Assembly (NCBI RefSeq): GCF_001186125.1
Contig: NW_014040278.1
Coordinates: 34,620 to 77,402 of the forward strand
Direction of reading: 5' to 3'
From: Sphaeroforma arctica JP610
Lineage: Eukaryota
Length of the DNA stretch: 42,783 nt
Shown here: positions 28,471 through 42,433 of the stretch, piece by piece
How the letters are laid out: every line of letters begins with the position of its first letter
Position numbering within the stretch: position 1 is the first letter of the stretch
Program-made: the position numbers and the translations under genes
Notes under the pieces: generated by a model
What the model was told of the DNA's origin: nothing
The model's input: the letters and a program-made list of their open reading frames with translations, nothing else
Databases searched by the model: none

Positions 28471-30429
28471 AACACGCTCACTTTGGAAAAAAATGAAATG
28501 TATTCTCCACTGGTGTGTACATCTAGATTTCAAAGTTTATACTGAAACATATTTTATTCACTTTTCATGAGATAGCATTCTTGAATTCAATTATACTAAC
28601 TTATCACATATCACGCTGAAGCAACTGAGGGTAGCCTAGAGCAGTACACAAATCGGTTCAGACTTCTAAATCACAAAGACATTGTTATGCACACCACACA
28701 TCCCAAGCAGCGCCTATCAATTAACAATATATAACACTGTTCTTCAATTTAGCTGAATAACATTTACTCGTCGGATGATTGCTAGCTTTTTGCCACACTG
28801 TGAACCGAGAAGAACCATCATGCCCTTCGCACAGTTCTCCAAGAGTACACCTTTTATCCGCTATTCTACATTATTTTAAGTGAAAAGAGTGGTCAGTAAG
28901 TTAAACTTTAGATTGCAAAATGTACAGATTTGTTGAAATGTCAATTAATGCGATCATGTTACCTAGTATTAATTAAAAATCGTTATCTCATACAAAGGGA
29001 GTCTTGGGTGATTGCGAATAAAGGGGCGCAGCAAAGTTGGAGTCTAATCCACACAGGTGGCGATGAAAAGCCGCAGTGACATGTTACAAATGGATGTTCA
29101 ATTTTCCGTTAACAAGACCCCAACTATTTGAGTGGGCGGTGTAATCGTTCCAGGTGCAAGTGGCCGCGGCCTTGCCAATACCATAGTCTTCATCAGTATT
29201 GACTACCAGATCTTGTACTTAAAAACTTGCCTTCAGTACGTCCTAATATGGGGGAATGTGGTAGACTATGATCGATAGTATAGATGCAAGGTAGTTGCTT
29301 CATCACTAATCCAGACTATTGGATGTATTGTAGCAATGCATCGGAAAATGTGTACATACGCCCCAAGAGAGGTACTTCAAGACAGCAAGACGATATTAGC
29401 TTCCGAGATAGCCCACTACAAAACTAAAATCGGGTTCCAGCGCACGCGCATCATCCAGTTCCTGCAAATGATCGCCGATAAGTAAATGTAATCTCTGGCA
29501 TTATTATACCAACGTATGGTACTGGTGGCGAGTTTAGGGGTGTGGCCGATGTTGTAAATTGTAGCAGGCCATCAGACACAAACAGATTTAATGAGAGACT
29601 TAACCAGTGAGGGTGAATTAGGAAGGATAACAGTAAAGGTAGTCTGCAAAAAGGAGGTATTTGCCGCTGATACAAATCGGCGAAAGTAGTCGTGGAGTGT
29701 TATGCCATCGTATCTACGTCCATGTGTCAACGAAGTTGACAACCGCTGTATGAGGGAATAAAAAGATTAATCGCCACACATGCCTCCTTTCTAAAGGGCA
29801 ACTAGGTTTGTTGCGAGTAGATAATATGCATTCTATACGGTCCATAACAAATACAAGCTGCCAGGATTGCCTTGTGTACGGTAGATGCCATATCTATGAG
29901 GAATTTCCTAATAGAAGCTACGCATGTCCAACCTCTTGATTTTCAAGCACTAATTTCACACTAAACCGTATATTCCCGAGATTAAATACACGCATCGGCG
30001 GTCCTAAGGATAACTTAAATGAAAATGATCTTATTCATTCACACCCCAGTCAAACTAAACATCGATTTATTTATATTGCATTACATGTCGAAATCCAAGT
30101 CCCACTGTGTACCGATTTATCATGCCAATTGTAAATATAACGACTTGTGTATGTCGCGTTCCAGACAGAAATTCGAAGCAGATAATTGCTATCGTTTAGC
30201 AGTCAAGTTTTTGTTAGTGTAACCTTGCACGGGCAAGATTAGGCACCCTCAGGAAAAAGCAGAGCATAATCCAGGTGGGGGGTTGCAGAGATGTGCAATA
30301 CTCGCTCAGTGTGTGCATACTGGCTTTGTGCGATGAAACGCTAGCTACATATGATTATACCCGATGTACGAGTGTATACGTGCACTCCATCAACATACTA
30401 TAGAAGTGAGCTATATAATTTTTTACGTA

Positions 30430-30540
30430 CATACATATATATATATATATATATACATATATACATACATACATACATTTATATACATACATATACATAT
30501 ATATATATATATTTATATATATATATATATATATATATAA
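30430..30540. repeat. (TA)n/(TACA)n microsatellite
   Basis: Directly visible. Confidence 0.9.
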
Positions 30541-30788
30541 GACATATATTTGAATACGAACGCAACGAATAAAATTGCACAACGATTCCGCTTACATGTT
30601 TATATTCAAGAGTATGCGATGGGAATGTAAATACGGTCGAACCCTACATTTCGAATGATAATATACGCAGGGGCTTGAATCTTTATTGTAATATTATAGT
30701 TCGATTAAGGGTATTTTCGACTAAGCTAAACAGAGTTGCGACGTTTGCTCTGCACAGTACGATTACAGATTTATGATCAGCTCCCGGT

Positions 30789-32071
30789 TTACGGGGATTG
30801 TATATATTTCAGAGTCTCTGGATTGTATCTCGGATTTACAACTTTAAGTAAGCGCAAGTAATGCTTCTCCTCCTGTGGAGAATTTGAAACCACATGCGTG
30901 TCCAAGATGAGGAAAACGGATGAGAGTATATACACAACAGCCGCAACATAGGTACAAAGGCAGATATATACGCATGCCTGAAACTGAAAACGAACACGAA
31001 GGCTTGCACAAATTTCACGACGACCATGGCGACAACCAACAAAGTGTACAAATATATGAATATGCATTTCAGCTTCAGTGTGCAGTGCATGCGAAGTCTA
31101 CGTACCGTCATGCCCTGCTTTAACTCCATGCCTATTTTTTTCCGGTCTAACACTGTCGCTGGCTCGGTGACTGTGTTCATATATTCGTCTAAATCCAGAT
31201 CCTCCGCTGGCTGTTTGTTTTGTTTGACTGTTCAAGTGCGTAGTTTCCCAAAGAAGAAATAAAAATGATTGAGCCGGGCTATTACGTCTGTCACAATTGT
31301 TTTCCCCACAAATTTTACTCACTCTATACGACCTTCATTAGTGTCAAAAATACTAAAAAAAAAATAGGATACGACATTATACACATAAACACAACCATTT
31401 ATATACAGTCAGATTATAATGCAAACATACGTGCATACTATAATTTCATGTGCTAACCAATAAAGTCACTAAATTTCAAATTGGGTGTCAATCCTAGTGA
31501 ATGCAAGAATAGGTCCCAATAATACCTTCTTTATTCTCACGCAGAAGGCGTGTGCAGACCTTGCGTCTTTGGTATATCTTCGTGAGCTTCTCCTTGAGAG
31601 TATCGAAGGTCTCTACTTCAGGTTTCACATCCTTGTCTCCGGCCGCCTGTAAGTGGTGTCGAAAGCATTTTGCGGTATATGATTAGAGACGATTCTGAAG
31701 TATGGCCGTGTGCTGTCCGTCTACAATTGTACACACGCTTTGGCACAAAAACATACAATTTGTACATATACATACATACACATACACATATACATGCAAA
31801 CACCCACACCGACACCGACACAGCAATACACACACACACATACAAATATAAACACAAACATAAACGCACACTGACACTCACACAAATATATTTACATATA
31901 CGTATGTATAAGTATATATTTATATATGTAAATATATAAACATACATACATCTATCCTTTCATCCATCCATCCATTCGTACATATACATATACACAGACG
32001 CAGACACAGATATATATAAATATATATATATACATACATATACATATACATATACATATATATACATATAT

Positions 32072-32110
<39 letters not shown>

Positions 32111-32136
32111 CATACATACATATATATACATACACA

Positions 32137-32193
<57 letters not shown>

Positions 32194-35100
32194 CATATAC
32201 ATTACATACAAAAACATACATTTTAAGAATATAAATGAACAATAAACACAATATGTTCAGCTGCAATAACGTGAACAACATACAGCAACTATGATAGCTC
32301 TTCCACATGTAACAAATTGTATAGCATAAGGTGGAAGTGTGGCGTTCTACCTAGTAAGTAGTTTCACACGACCCTGCCCCCGCACACACACCCGCTTATC
32401 AGGGGCCAGTCGCTTCATTCTGTTATTCCTCCTTTTTTTAACGTCGCCAGTTCGATCCAGAAATTCGTCGTCATCTGAACTATAGTAATCGTCATCGGAA
32501 TAATTTCTGCGCTTGATTGCGGTTGCTGTAGTCTTGCGAGCTATATGGCGAGAAAAGATAGAGTAAAGTTGGTGTGTATTGCGCCATACAAATCGGCGTT
32601 GTAATTTCCATGCGAGCTTTCACATATAGAAACTGCACTGAGAACACACTTACATGGACGCGGATAACATACAAATACATACATGAGGAAAACAGGCCAT
32701 GTGCACTCAACATCTGACAGGCATTGTAGCAGGCCAGTCGTTCTGCGTCCCGTTTGCGGCCACATTGTCCCTCCACCACAACTAAGTCACCCGACGCAGA
32801 CTCTATGGGCAACTCGATCTTGACTAGGAAACCCTTGTTTTTCTGTGGTATGGATAATGAAATAAACACATTGTGTGAGTGAGTGAGTGGGTGCGTGAGA
32901 ATGATAATGTGTGAATGAGTGTGAGTGTGACTTTGGCTACCTCGACCTACTTTGTTATTTGTCAAATGATTCCGTATGTAATTCAGAGGCCGGTTGGAAA
33001 GTTATAATCAGAGTTTATTTGGAGACAATTGTTCGTAGATATTGCGCATACACTTGCAAATATTCAAACCACACACTCGCGGGTACGTACTATACTTCGA
33101 CCTATTGTTGACATGAGCGTAATCCAGAGATTCGCTGACAAAGACACGGCCAGAGTTTTCCTGGAGACATTTTCATATAGCAGATACATCTGTCAGCATA
33201 TAAAACATGTTTGCCAATACATGTCATATGTATACATACCGGTAACATGGTGATATCTGGAGTGTAATCCAGAGACTCGTTGACAAAAAAATTGGTCAGA
33301 GTCTTCTTGGGGTCTTTCTCCCAGCGCCTTTCCTTATCACTGCTACTTGCCGGGGCCTGGTCTGCATCGAACCGCTGTTTGGCGAGTACCCCTGTGTAGG
33401 ATATTAAGAAAAGTGTGGAATATTAAGCAATGTGCGATATTTGTTCATAGCGTAACATTTCAAATTATGCGATTTTAGAACATCGTGCGGTGCTTACGCA
33501 TTCTCGAGTCAAAGGTGCGCCAGGTGCCCAGTCCAAGGCCCTGTATATAGACTTAGGTATCGCGTGAGAAGCCAAGACATGAACAGAAGTAATCATACCG
33601 GTCATGGAGATATGCGCACGCGACATACACCTGCAACTTTCATTGGTACATCTATCAAAAAGCAAATACAACCTCCTGTCTACTGCCCCTGCTGATCACA
33701 GACACTCACCTTGCCATATCATACGTCAGCGATACGAATAAATATCCCCGACTATCACGCAGACCGAACTCTACCACATCTAATGCATAATATACATACG
33801 TACGTGTGGTTCACAACAGTCCACTTTACACATTCATGCCTTCTGTTTGCATCGTATTTTTTCTCTCGCAAACCTATCAATCCTCACCAAGACATGGCAT
33901 ATAGCCACGCTTAACACCTCTGAGGGGCATCTACAATCACACACGTTTCATCCGCACATGTAAAACCCATATGTAACAACCATATGCATTATATAGGCTC
34001 CAAGAAAAACATCTGAGCGTAAAGTATATACGTTACAATACGTTACAAAACACACTTACACACATACATACACACACACTCACACACATACACAGACACA
34101 TAAACATATCCAAATATATAGACATATAGATATATATACACTAATAAAATAGTCACATCAAAACATACCGTCTCTGAGCATCATGTCGGCCTGATCAGCA
34201 TCGTCGTCTTCCTCTGCATCCTCGGCCTGTCCCCATGATATGCCTTCGCAGGCCTCGGCCTCTTTTCGTTCCTTTTTCTGCACAGAATGAGTGTGCGTTA
34301 AAGTATAGCACCGATGTAATTTGCATACATTTTTATAATATAAATAAAGACAAAGACATATTGCCTAGGAGCGAATGTGCGTTTCTACGTGTGCATGGAT
34401 ATCCATCATATTTTGGGGCCAGATACCACTAAAAGTGAGATAAAGATAGGTGTTGATGACCGTGAGCTTCTATATAAAACTGGGTATTTCTTCTTCATAT
34501 ATTTCTTCACTTTGTGATGTATCCTGCAACTGACCAACAAGTGATGCAAGTCTTCTGACCACCATTTCAGGGATAAACCAGGAGCATACAAGCCCTATCC
34601 TCACACCCGAAGGTAGCGTGTATACCCATGTCGTACCATGGCCCTATTTCTCAACTTGGCAACTCTGCCCAAGCAATATCGCTATGCAACTTAATACTTC
34701 AGAGTGCGAGGCGCATAAAGTATTGTTAATAAACAGTTTAGAAAGGGCTGCCTATTATTGTGAAAAGTGTTTCCGACTGCTGCGATATGAACCATGGCTG
34801 ATTAATGAGCTGTTTCTTCCTCCGTCATCTTGTACATTCGAGTAATATACATAGTAGTAAGGCCGAGAATTATACACCCATTCGCAGGCGTCGCATACCA
34901 CCTACTACTACGCATGGGCGGCTACATAGTCTGCAGCTCCCTACAACTTGTACAGTTACATTGACTCAAAGATCCCATGTGCAGATATATTATAACAGCA
35001 TCTTCTGACTGTTTATGTCAGCAACACACTTACCAACTTCTGCTGCAGCATTTCTTTTTGTTCAGCTATCCGTTGCTGCCGTAATTCCTCAGTCATTTCT

Positions 35101-35974
35101 TCCTGCTGTTGCGCGATCTCGGATGGACCAGCCAACATGAATAACCTGAATCGAAATAGATATGGTTTTTCATAAATTCCTATTAGTACTATTAACAAGA
35201 TGACTAACCACGGTATAGATACCCGAGTATACCGAGTATATATGTAAATACTGTATGGTGGCTTCATAAGGCCACGCGAATCAAATATACTATTTATGGA
35301 ACAATGTATACTATGTTCTGCAGAAGCATGTTTACAATGTGGTGTGTACAACACCGCAGCACTCGCAAATGGAGCGTGTAAGGTGATACCCTGCAATTTA
35401 GATTGATACTGAATAATCAAAATGTATGTATGTTATATGTATGTCTATCCACCGGTATATACCCGTGTAGAGATGTATGTAATTATATGATGACGCATGT
35501 GCAAGGAAGAATATTTATGACGTCCAATAGATAGATGTACATACACATCCACGGCACACCTCACATACTCCAACTGAAATCCATATTTGAAACAATCGTA
35601 ACACATTTCGACAATACGAGCAGTCCTACAAAATGGCATGTCGTGGAGAAACATGGTAGTGGTCTACGTACGCACATGGCAGACAAAAAACACACATAAC
35701 CAGCATACATTCAAATATTACGCAAACGTACGTCAATGGTGTTGTGTGTAATATATACAGTCCCTCCGGAGTTTAGCAACTTCGCAAGTCTTAGCCCTAG
35801 AATCATCACGGATATTCAAGTATTAAATAAAAATGAATAAACTACAACTGATTGCTAGAGACTGGCACTTGCACCGAGCACAAACACATACATCAAATTA
35901 CACACATGCATATACACACAACCGTTTATATATACATACACATATACACACATACATACATACACACACACACA

Positions 35975-36013
<39 letters not shown>

Positions 36014-36066
36014 TAACATAATATATATAAATATAATATATATTANNNNNNNNNNNNNNNNNNNNT

Positions 36067-36097
<31 letters not shown>

Positions 36098-39000
36098 AGC
36101 ATGTACCGAGACGACGCTCCGAATTGTATGGTGTGTCCTATCCGCACGCGATGGAAAGCACGTGGGCGGATGGGGTTCTTATTGAGCTTGGTACCGTGAG
36201 TGCTGCCCAAATCATACAGGTATACCCCGTCGTTCTCGGCCCTGTGTTGCAAGATCTGGTCAATAAAAGCCGATAGTATAGATATAAATTAGGGTTTTGG
36301 GATTAGAAAGTAGACGTAAAAATGTCACACACAGAAAATGCCACGTTTGGGGTAGCGAATGTTTGAGATAAATGTATGTACGAGAAGTCATGCATAAGTG
36401 CTTATTATCGATATTAATATATCTATGTATAAATTCTAGTGAACACCACCTATCGACAAAATCAGTTCAGAAAGAAAGCAGCAACTAATAGATGATTTAA
36501 GTATTTAAAGTCAATAAATCGAGAGTATGAAATTGAATAATACACTACAAGAATACACTTGCACATGCATACTTAACCCTTTCTCAAGGAGATAGTTGTA
36601 TTTAGTAAGTAAAAAGTTCATACACCGATACCTTAATACAAGTCTCCCTAACCACTCACATTCACACAGCGCTCCACCACAGACGACATGAAGCTTATTT
36701 AGCAATGAGTTCGTCATGGGGATTGGCCTCAGGCATCGGACGTCTCAACTTGAGACAAATGGGGTTTGCATGGATACAAAGATGCGTAGAACTCAGATAT
36801 ATGGATTCACGCACATCAACACACACACACATACATACACACTTGCATACATACATACATACATACATACATACATACATACATACATACCGCATGAAAC
36901 CGTGATATCGATGGATGTTCCATGGGGAAGTGGTTGCGGGCATCTCGGCCTACCACATAGAATGGCTCGTCGCTGATATTGTCTGATTGCACAATGACGC
37001 CACTCTTGAGCACCTCTATGCGATACGGGATGTTCGGAACATTCTCACCCCACGAGGGCAAGTTATAGTCGAAGGGGAATGGAAAGGGCTTCTGAGCGTT
37101 CCCGGCACTCTGGCTTGGTGCTGGTGTGGGAGTGGCCTGGGTGAGGTATAGCAATTGCGCGAATGACGTATGAGTATGGTATATTAGGGCGACGACGAAC
37201 CAGATAGGAAAATACTGTGAGGTACTTGACCACGGCTCCCACTACGAAACGTGGCAGTTGAGGGGATATGAACATGGGTGTAGGACACATTGACTTTTTT
37301 GGATGATATCTGTTGATGTACGTATGTACCTGTACACACGAGTGTTATCGAGAGCCATATACAATGGTCGGTATCACAATGATAGAGATGTGATAGGTTG
37401 GACTCGGTATAGTGGCTAATTCTTCAAGCGAGACCTAAATATAGCTGTTATCGTGGATAGACTGATATCCCACGCGTCGTCTACTATCGCACACACACAC
37501 ACACACACACAACCAAAATAAAAAAACACACACCCACACCTACACACCCACACATATATATACGTATTATGATGCTAACTAAGCTCAGATACCCGTGCGA
37601 AGATAGAACTGGTGACATATGTGCGATTCTTCTTCGTCGAGATTTGTCAGAACAAGAAGAGAGCGAGTAGAAAACCAATCTACAAATAAGAATATACAGC
37701 GTACTGGTAGTACCCTCATGGATACATGTTAGTTCTGCAGTGACATGACTACGATGTGCCCAAATTCTACTCTGAAGCATACCAATTCTATCATGGGCCA
37801 CTGGTAAAATACACAGACCATTCCATATGCTGATTCAAAAATTAGACAGTCTCGCCAGTAGAGTGTGCAACCAATTATCTATCGAGCTACGAGCACAAAT
37901 ACATCGGATCACCTAATATACACTCATAAAGCTGCGCGCAAGCATAGAACCTCACAATATGTATTCACACAGGCACCACAGCACAGAAAAAGCGCGTCCC
38001 AATATGTGTAAACCCTGACTCAAGCCATGTGAGACAACTCTATCTGGACACGCATTCAACGCACACGCAGTGACAATGTATGATCGATTACAATGTACAC
38101 TGGCGTGGAATATGCCACTCGACTACTCTGTATGGTGAGAAACTAGAAGACTGGATGAAGTGCAAGTGCAATGCTAAACACTGTTACGAGTGTGTAAGCC
38201 AAAGGCACGTGTATCGTACGAGTATAGAGTTAGAAATGTAGATACATTTTATTGTATGAACTAATAGTATACAGACAGTACAGCACCGCGCCCTGCCCCA
38301 CGCGTGTTTCTATATACACTGCACGGTTAACTTCGGCAGAGGTCTGGAAATCTTTACTGTGGTGTGTGTAGGCGGGGATTCACGTTTGATTGACTGAGGA
38401 GACGGTCTGTATAGTTTGGGTGTGAGAGTGTGTAGATGTGACAGTGAGTGTGTGTATGCGGGTTGTAGGTGCGAGTGTGCGGGTTGTAAGTGGTTAGTTG
38501 TGTGCGAGAGCGATTCTACTGATATTGCTTTAACATTGACGGCTTGTACATATTGATAGTCTGCGAGCCTTAGGGGTGCACGAGTCTATATGAAATATCG
38601 TCTCTTTTGGTGTAAGTGTACGTTTAGGAGTTTTGTATGCATTTATGTGTTGGTATGTAGAAGTATATTTTTGGAGTTTAGGCTCGGATTGCGCATTCAT
38701 ACGCCAGCGCCCACACGTCAGCCTTACATGAAGTTTTCAGACTCAGCACCCGACGTGCCCATTAAGAAACGGTGTGTGGGACTAGCATACGCGCGAGTCA
38801 CTAAGAAATACGAATGCATTTCAATCTCATGTATAACACCACAGACACAATTATACAACATAACAAGCTTAATACACTCGCCACACACACACACACACAC
38901 ACACACATTGCATACCTGTACAGTCTTCTCAGGTGGTGGTGCGTCCTTATGAGTGTCCACAGCCTTTCTAACAGGTAGTGCAGGCACAGCGAATCCCCCT

Positions 39001-41513
39001 TCACTCTTCTTGTCACCAACTGCGCCCTGATTCTCTACATTACTTGCACCTGCACTCGTGCTTGCGGGGCTTGTTTTGGCCTTTAACTTGCCCACCGGTA
39101 ATGCGGGCACTGCAAAGCCATCCAGTGGAGTCTGCTGCGATGTTCCCGTCTTTGTGTGCGTGTTCGTTGGTCCTTGCGCGGGGGTGTTGTGGGGTGTAGG
39201 CGCTGAGATAATTGTAGGTGTGGGTGTAGTCTGTGATAAGCTGGGAGTACCTGCTGCATTGGTACTTCCGGGTGTGGTGTGAGCAGGTGTGGCTGTTGGC
39301 GTATTGGGTTTGTTACTCGCCATGGGGAGTGGCAGGGCGAATCCTGTGCTATCGGTCCAACTCTTTGCACCCCCGCTCGAACTGACAGGGGTAGGTACCG
39401 CGAACGAAGCATCGTCACTTGCTTTCGACTTCTCCAAACCCGCATCCGTACTCGCACTCGCACTCGCAATTTGTACTGGTTGCGGGGCGGTAAAAGCATC
39501 ACCATCCAAATTTCCTTTCTTCGTGTGGACAAAACTATCAGTATTCATACTACTTCCCATTACAGGGGTGTATGCAGGCACATCAGTGCTACTAGCCTGA
39601 GGTGTGTGTGCGGGCACGGCGAAACCTTCCGCGGTCTTTGCCTGTATCATCTGCGTGTCTGTGGGGAAGTCGCTGGGCGTGTTGCTGTGAGTGGGTTTAG
39701 GCCGCGGCGTACTTGCATGCGCTTTGGGGGTACTTGTATTCCCATCTAATCCAAATGCCGTGGTTAGTGGCGCAGCGTTAACACTAGCCCCAGCTGTACC
39801 GCTATTCAAGCCAGTCCGGTTAACAGGTTTTGGGGCAGTGAACCCCTTTACCATAGCCTTCGCAGCCTGTTGCACATCCGCATCCGCCGCACTCGCGGGT
39901 GTACTAGGCATTGACGTACTCCCACTCACGCCTTTACCTAGACCCTCCCCTTTACCACTTTCCATCACCGAATTGGCTCCCATCTTTTGTTGCAGTAGCT
40001 TCCATGGCGCAGGAGTGTCTCGTCGACCCATCGATGATTTCTTAGCCATGGGTGTCTGCTGCGGATCGTGTTCCAAACCCACATCATCAAACCGCCTCTT
40101 ACCCACCTCAACGCCTCCACAAGTACTTGCATGTGCGTCTGCCCCGGGGTCTACCTGGGCTGAGTTAATATGGCGGGCACCTTCTTTTGGTGTGCCCTCT
40201 ACTCCCTGACTGGGCTCATGTCCCTGTATCTCGGTCTCTCTCTGCGCCTGTCCAGAAAGTTGGGACAAAGGGACAGGTGCGGGTGAGACACTACTCAAAG
40301 CCGAGGCATGTCTGGGTCGTGCTAAGGGGGTGTTAAACATGCTACCGGTGACACTATTAAAGCTACTGTTAATGGTCGTGTTCATATCAGTACTAGTACT
40401 TCCATCGAAGCTAGTGTCCAAGTCTATACTCTCGTTCAGATCGATACTCCGTGATATGGATTTAGAGTCGCTGTTAGCATTAAGTGTGGGTGTGGGAGTG
40501 TGGCTGTTGCTGCTATGCTGAGTATCTGTGTGGGGATCTGCTTGCCTCTGCGGGTTTGCGAAGGGAACATCGCGTAAGTGCTGGGGTAGTTGTTGCCCAC
40601 TTCCTAAGACCTGATGTGGATACATACGCAGTTATAGGATAGGATGAGTTGATTCATAACACTCCATGACTATAAATGTTTATGGAAAGGCTTACAACAC
40701 ATGGTAATAGCACATTTACATTTGTAAATGAGCGGATATATCGCACATATCACAACAGGGTCCTCAAAGCATCTTGTATACCTGAGTAGTATTCTACAAA
40801 ATCTTGAAAAATATAGCTAATCGAGCTCGAAGCAATATATATAAATATGAATAAATATGAATATATATATAAATATATATATAAATATAAATACATACAT
40901 ATATATAAATATTAATAATATATAATATAATGTAATAAGTAATAATATATAATGACATATAATAATATATACGCTTGCATGTCTTTCACGCAAACTCAAA
41001 ATAATGAGCTGTAAATTATTCAATCTTAAGTTCAGACACATGACAATGTGAATAAGAAACAGTATGTATATAGTATAAAAGTATAGAAAAATATGAACAA
41101 TACGATCAGTCTATATGGGATCTAATAGTGGCCTCGTATATTACCTTCTGGGGCGTATCGCTCAGTAGTCCCATAGAAGGCACATGCTTTCCAGTGTTGC
41201 TGCTTCTATCGACCACATGCGAGCCGGAAGTACTGCCCATCGCTTCAAATCCACGGCCGCCCCCAGACTTGAGCTTATCTAAGAGATCAGTGGGAAACGG
41301 CGTATCCTTCCGAGCCAAAGAGTTTGCGCTCAGTTGCCTTGGCAACCGTGCTGGCAAAGGCGTGGATAGTGTATGCGGTATAGTATTTGTATCGGATTGC
41401 GCAGATTGAGTGATAGTGTGATCCTTGACTGAAGTTCCAACAGCGCTATCGGCTGGTGGTGCAGCTTTGCGCTGCACCGGTGTTGCCGGTATTGTGAATG
41501 ATTTATCATCCAT
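30789..41513 (-). CDS. SLC4A1AP: Kanadaptin (SLC4A1AP)-like nuclear FHA-domain protein with dsRBD-like region, 12 coding exons, ~1155 aa
   Basis: complement(join(30789..30872,31106..31227,31526..31646,32392..32540,32683..32842,33240..33391,34169..34277,35034..35145,36107..36255,36891..37136,38916..40610,41145..41513)). GT-AG introns, phases consistent, 3468 nt. Motifs: YNLPSW, IEVLKSG, FHA GR...HPSISRFHA...[13 protein letters not shown]...[69 protein letters not shown]. Small extra exons between 37137 and 38915 cannot be excluded. Confidence 0.88.
31760..32220. repeat. Long compound (CA)/(TA)/(TACA) low-complexity tract in a kanadaptin intron
   Basis: Directly visible. Confidence 0.9.
35880..36095. 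repeat. (CA)n/(TA)n microsatellite with assembly gap (N 36046-36065)
   Basis: Directly visible. Confidence 0.9.
36818..36890. repeat. (CA)n and (CATA)n microsatellite abutting the splice donor of the first FHA exon
   Basis: The minus strand reads GCG|GTATGTATGTATGT..., so the repeat starts at the donor GT. Confidence 0.92.
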
Positions 41514-42109
41514 ATTCAGAACGACTATAAATACATATATGAACTTTCTGAGTGTATGTATCTATTTATATACACATATGCTCTTGTGAAAACACATCTA
41601 CTGAAAAGCTTTGCAAGCCAGTCTATGCCTCGCAACAGAATGAAGACACCTCTAAGTAGTATCAGAATACACCTTTGAGGTATGTATTTGTGTGGGTATA
41701 CTAATCTGTGCACTTGTACCCTCACTACACTACAAATACTTGTGGCAGTTGAGATTTGTATGAAGTAATTACGTGTATTGATTGCACATCCCATATTCCC
41801 GCGTAAAAGCTCATTTTTTTTACCTTAAACCATTGAAATCCTGGTATTTAAAAATAGGTATGTGTAAATGATTTTTTATTAGTTGAATACAAACGGGCCG
41901 GATTACAGGCGGCCATATACGACACCTGAATGTTGAAAACTTGAACGATGTAGTATATACGAGGCAGAGAGTGTGATCTGAATATACAGCATGTGAAAAT
42001 AAACGACATTATATTAAACTGATGTCTGATAAGCACACAACTCTATAAAAAGCCGAATGCATAGTCAAATGAGACTGAACTTCTGAGTCTGTCCAGTCAC
42101 AGTGTCTCA

Positions 42110-42303
42110 CTCTCTCGACTCTCAGCCTCTCTGGCTGGAGTTTCTGCTGGAGATGGAGTCTACGTGTGCGTAATATTTACATCTGCGACAAGGTGATGGT
42201 ATATATATATATATACATATAAATCACTAGTGGAAGTTGTAGTTGGTCGATTGTATAGTAAATCCAGAGTACACGGTTCTTTCAGGTTAACCTTGAGTGC
42301 AAT
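42110..42303. promoter_or_regulatory. Probable bidirectional promoter / 5' UTR region shared by the kanadaptin-like gene and CLP1
   Basis: Divergent ATGs at 41513 (-) and 42304 (+). A minus-strand donor-like GAGA|GTGAGA (~42110) and acceptor TTTATAG (~41526) suggest a 5' UTR intron. Short (TA)n at ~42200. Confidence 0.45.
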
Positions 42304-42433
42304 ATGACGAACAAGGAAGTGGAAACATTCACACTGGAAGCCGACAATGAGTTGCGAATTGAGGTGAACGCAGACACCTCCGTTACGATAGAATTATTAA
42401 AAGGCACAGCCGAGATATTCGGTACTGAACTAG
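42304..42433 (+). CDS. CLP1: CLP1 polyribonucleotide 5'-hydroxyl kinase / cleavage-polyadenylation factor, first coding exon (gene continues beyond the window)
   Basis: MTNKEVETFTLEADNELRIEVNADTSVTIELLKGTAEIFGTEL matches the Clp1 N-terminal signature (ELRFEV...LELLxGxAEIFGTEL), followed by donor G|GTAAAC. Confidence 0.9.

Noticed and set aside
29248..29275. GGGGGAA-TG polypurine-tract/LTR-start-like signal (similar at ~22726)
   Set aside because: No second LTR copy or LTR end could be identified to support it.
38358..38800. Possible extra small kanadaptin exons (~38800-38728 and 38406-38358)
   Set aside because: Could not be joined to exon 2 with consistent phase and good splice sites; the direct exon 2-exon 3 join is already in frame.
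38978..40521. Several plus-strand ORFs overlapping the large kanadaptin exon
   Set aside because: Antisense shadows of a GC-rich coding exon; no independent motifs.
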